A DNA stretch of 64,000 bases from Amphiscolops sp. MND2022 (taxonomy: Eukaryota), in the NCBI GenBank assembly GCA_964187785.1, contig CAXLNC010000756.1, positions 1 to 64,000 of the forward strand. Direction: 5' to 3'. Under the pieces are notes generated by a model. That model searched no databases, was not told the origin of the DNA, and worked only from the letters and a program-made list of their open reading frames with translations. Below, piece after piece: positions 62,561 to 64,000 of the stretch (the first letter of the stretch is position 1; each line of letters starts with the position of its first letter). The translations under genes and the position numbers were made by a program.

Positions 62561-64000
62561 TATGGAGCAGAGTGTTGTGCCTTTTCATAGATCCAGGCTG
62601 TTGACAAATTTTTGTCGACTTGCAATCATTGAAGTTATGACCTTTTAGGCAGTTGAAGCATAAATGGAACTTCTTTGCGTAGTTTTTGCGGTTCATAGGA
62701 GAAATCCTCACAGCTCCCCAAGTAGAGACAACCTTTCTTCTCCGGACATAAACTAGATAGAGAAGACGGTTTGATGAACGGCGTTTTGGAATTGAGGCCT
62801 TGAGCTTGCGCATTTGTTGATGAGGAGGAGCGCCCGTTTTGATTAGTGTCAGAGAAAGGAAAAAAGCCGTCCCGAGAAGCTGTAGCGAAGTTTTGAAGCC
62901 AAGGAGCAAAGTTTAAGAGCGACGTGTCTTTGATGTTTTCGGATAGGACGTGGCGATTCCAATTTAGCATAACATCCGCCGGCAATTTCGAAAGAGCACT
63001 CGTAAGATTGACGGTAGGGTGAATGTCATGGAGAAAATTTAATTGTGTGAAGGTATCGACAAGAGAATGATGAAATTTGCATAGTTCGTGATGGAGTTCG
63101 GATCATCAGTAGATGGTTGCCTGAATGTTTGGAGACGCTGAAGAAATGACATCACAATACGATCAGGTTTGCCGTATGTTGACTTCAATCTAGATAGTGC
63201 ATACTGGTACATCGCGGGATTACAACCATAACCTGCAATTAATGCGTTTGGTTCTCCAGAGACAAGAGTTTGTAAGTGGATGATCTTTTCTGCTTGCAAA
63301 ATGGCAGCGCTGTCGATGGTAGCGGAAAAAAGACCAAACCAATCTAACCAAGCTACCCTGGAAAACAAGTGGTTGCACTTTTGGCAACGTTAGTCGCCGT
63401 GGTTGTTACACGGTATCTGTATTGTCATGAAGGGCGTTGGTCGAGCCTGTAGACGCTGGATCAATAGCATTAACATGCGCAGATTGTTCGAGCGATTGCG
63501 TGATACCGAAAGGATTGGTTTGAAGATTGTTTGACAAGGGCATATTGGGTTCAAAGGTGGTTGGTGAAAATGAAACGGAAGTTGTTAATGGAGGTACGGC
63601 AGTAGATTTGTCGCCGTGCGGATGATGTGAAGACGATGAAGAAGGAATGTTTGGTTGAAGAGCAGAAGTTGCAGCGGCCGGTGTCGGAGGATCGTTAGAT
63701 TTACTACCAACACGAGCGGGCCGTTTGCTTCTAGCCACTGAAACCTTGAAGCGACGATTGTCGAGCTTAATAGATGTCAATTTGTTGACATGAGGTGCGA
63801 AGTCAGTGGTTGAGATGTGAAGAGCCAGAGATTTTGTCAAGCGAACAAGCTCGCCTCAGCAACTGTTAATTCCGACGTAACAGAACGAATATCATCATAT
63901 TCAGTGTCGTTAGTTTACAAATCAATGCCAAAGGATAACAAACTTTCAACTTCTTTCTGCTGTAACAAAATGAGACTGTGGAAAGTATTCATTTGAGAAC
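62561..64000 (-). pseudogene. gag: BEL/Pao gag (frameshifted, 5' end outside window)
   Basis: WLDWFGLFSATID...KIIHLQTLVSGE...RLKSTYGKP (63039-63368); CFNCLKGH.FNDCKSTKICQQPG.MKRHNTLLH. Confidence 0.88.

Larger units (their letters stand above)
58440..64000 (-). mobile_element. Element C: BEL/Pao LTR retrotransposon, running off the window end
   Basis: DUF1759-like gag, BEL Cys cluster, protease, Pao RT/RH, integrase with DUF5641-like tail, PPT and 3' LTR. Confidence 0.95.

Overview
Eukaryotic (animal-like), gene-poor DNA made almost entirely of nested, decayed LTR retroelements. No prokaryotic genes, rRNA, tRNA or CRISPR were found. Four main elements are present. (A) 1-11.9 kb, + strand: an internally deleted Ty3/Gypsy-type element (gag, -1 slippery site, protease, integrase tail). 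It carries an intron-containing ANTISENSE gene for a large hAT-transposase-like zinc-finger protein and a further sense accessory ORF. (B1) ~17.5-34.8 kb, - strand, and (B2) ~37.7-57.5 kb, + strand: two divergent members of a very large (15-20 kb) Gypsy-lineage family with gag, pol (PR-RT-RH-IN), several shared accessory ORFs and an env-like gene. The env motifs match chuvirus-G / herpesvirus-gB-type class III fusogens, and the env cassette has been repeatedly duplicated (three ~1.83 kb tandem copies in B2). A third family-B leader+gag fragment sits inside a 2007-bp tandem duplication at 13.8-17.8 kb. The family-B leaders contain arrays of 6-7 covarying stem-loop or three-way-junction units. 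(C) 58.4-64 kb, - strand: a BEL/Pao element with a 3' LTR, PPT and near-intact integrase, but with the RT catalytic core deleted. Nearly all coding regions are pseudogenised. All homology calls come from motif recognition by eye, and many boundaries are approximate (+/- 50 bp unless stated).
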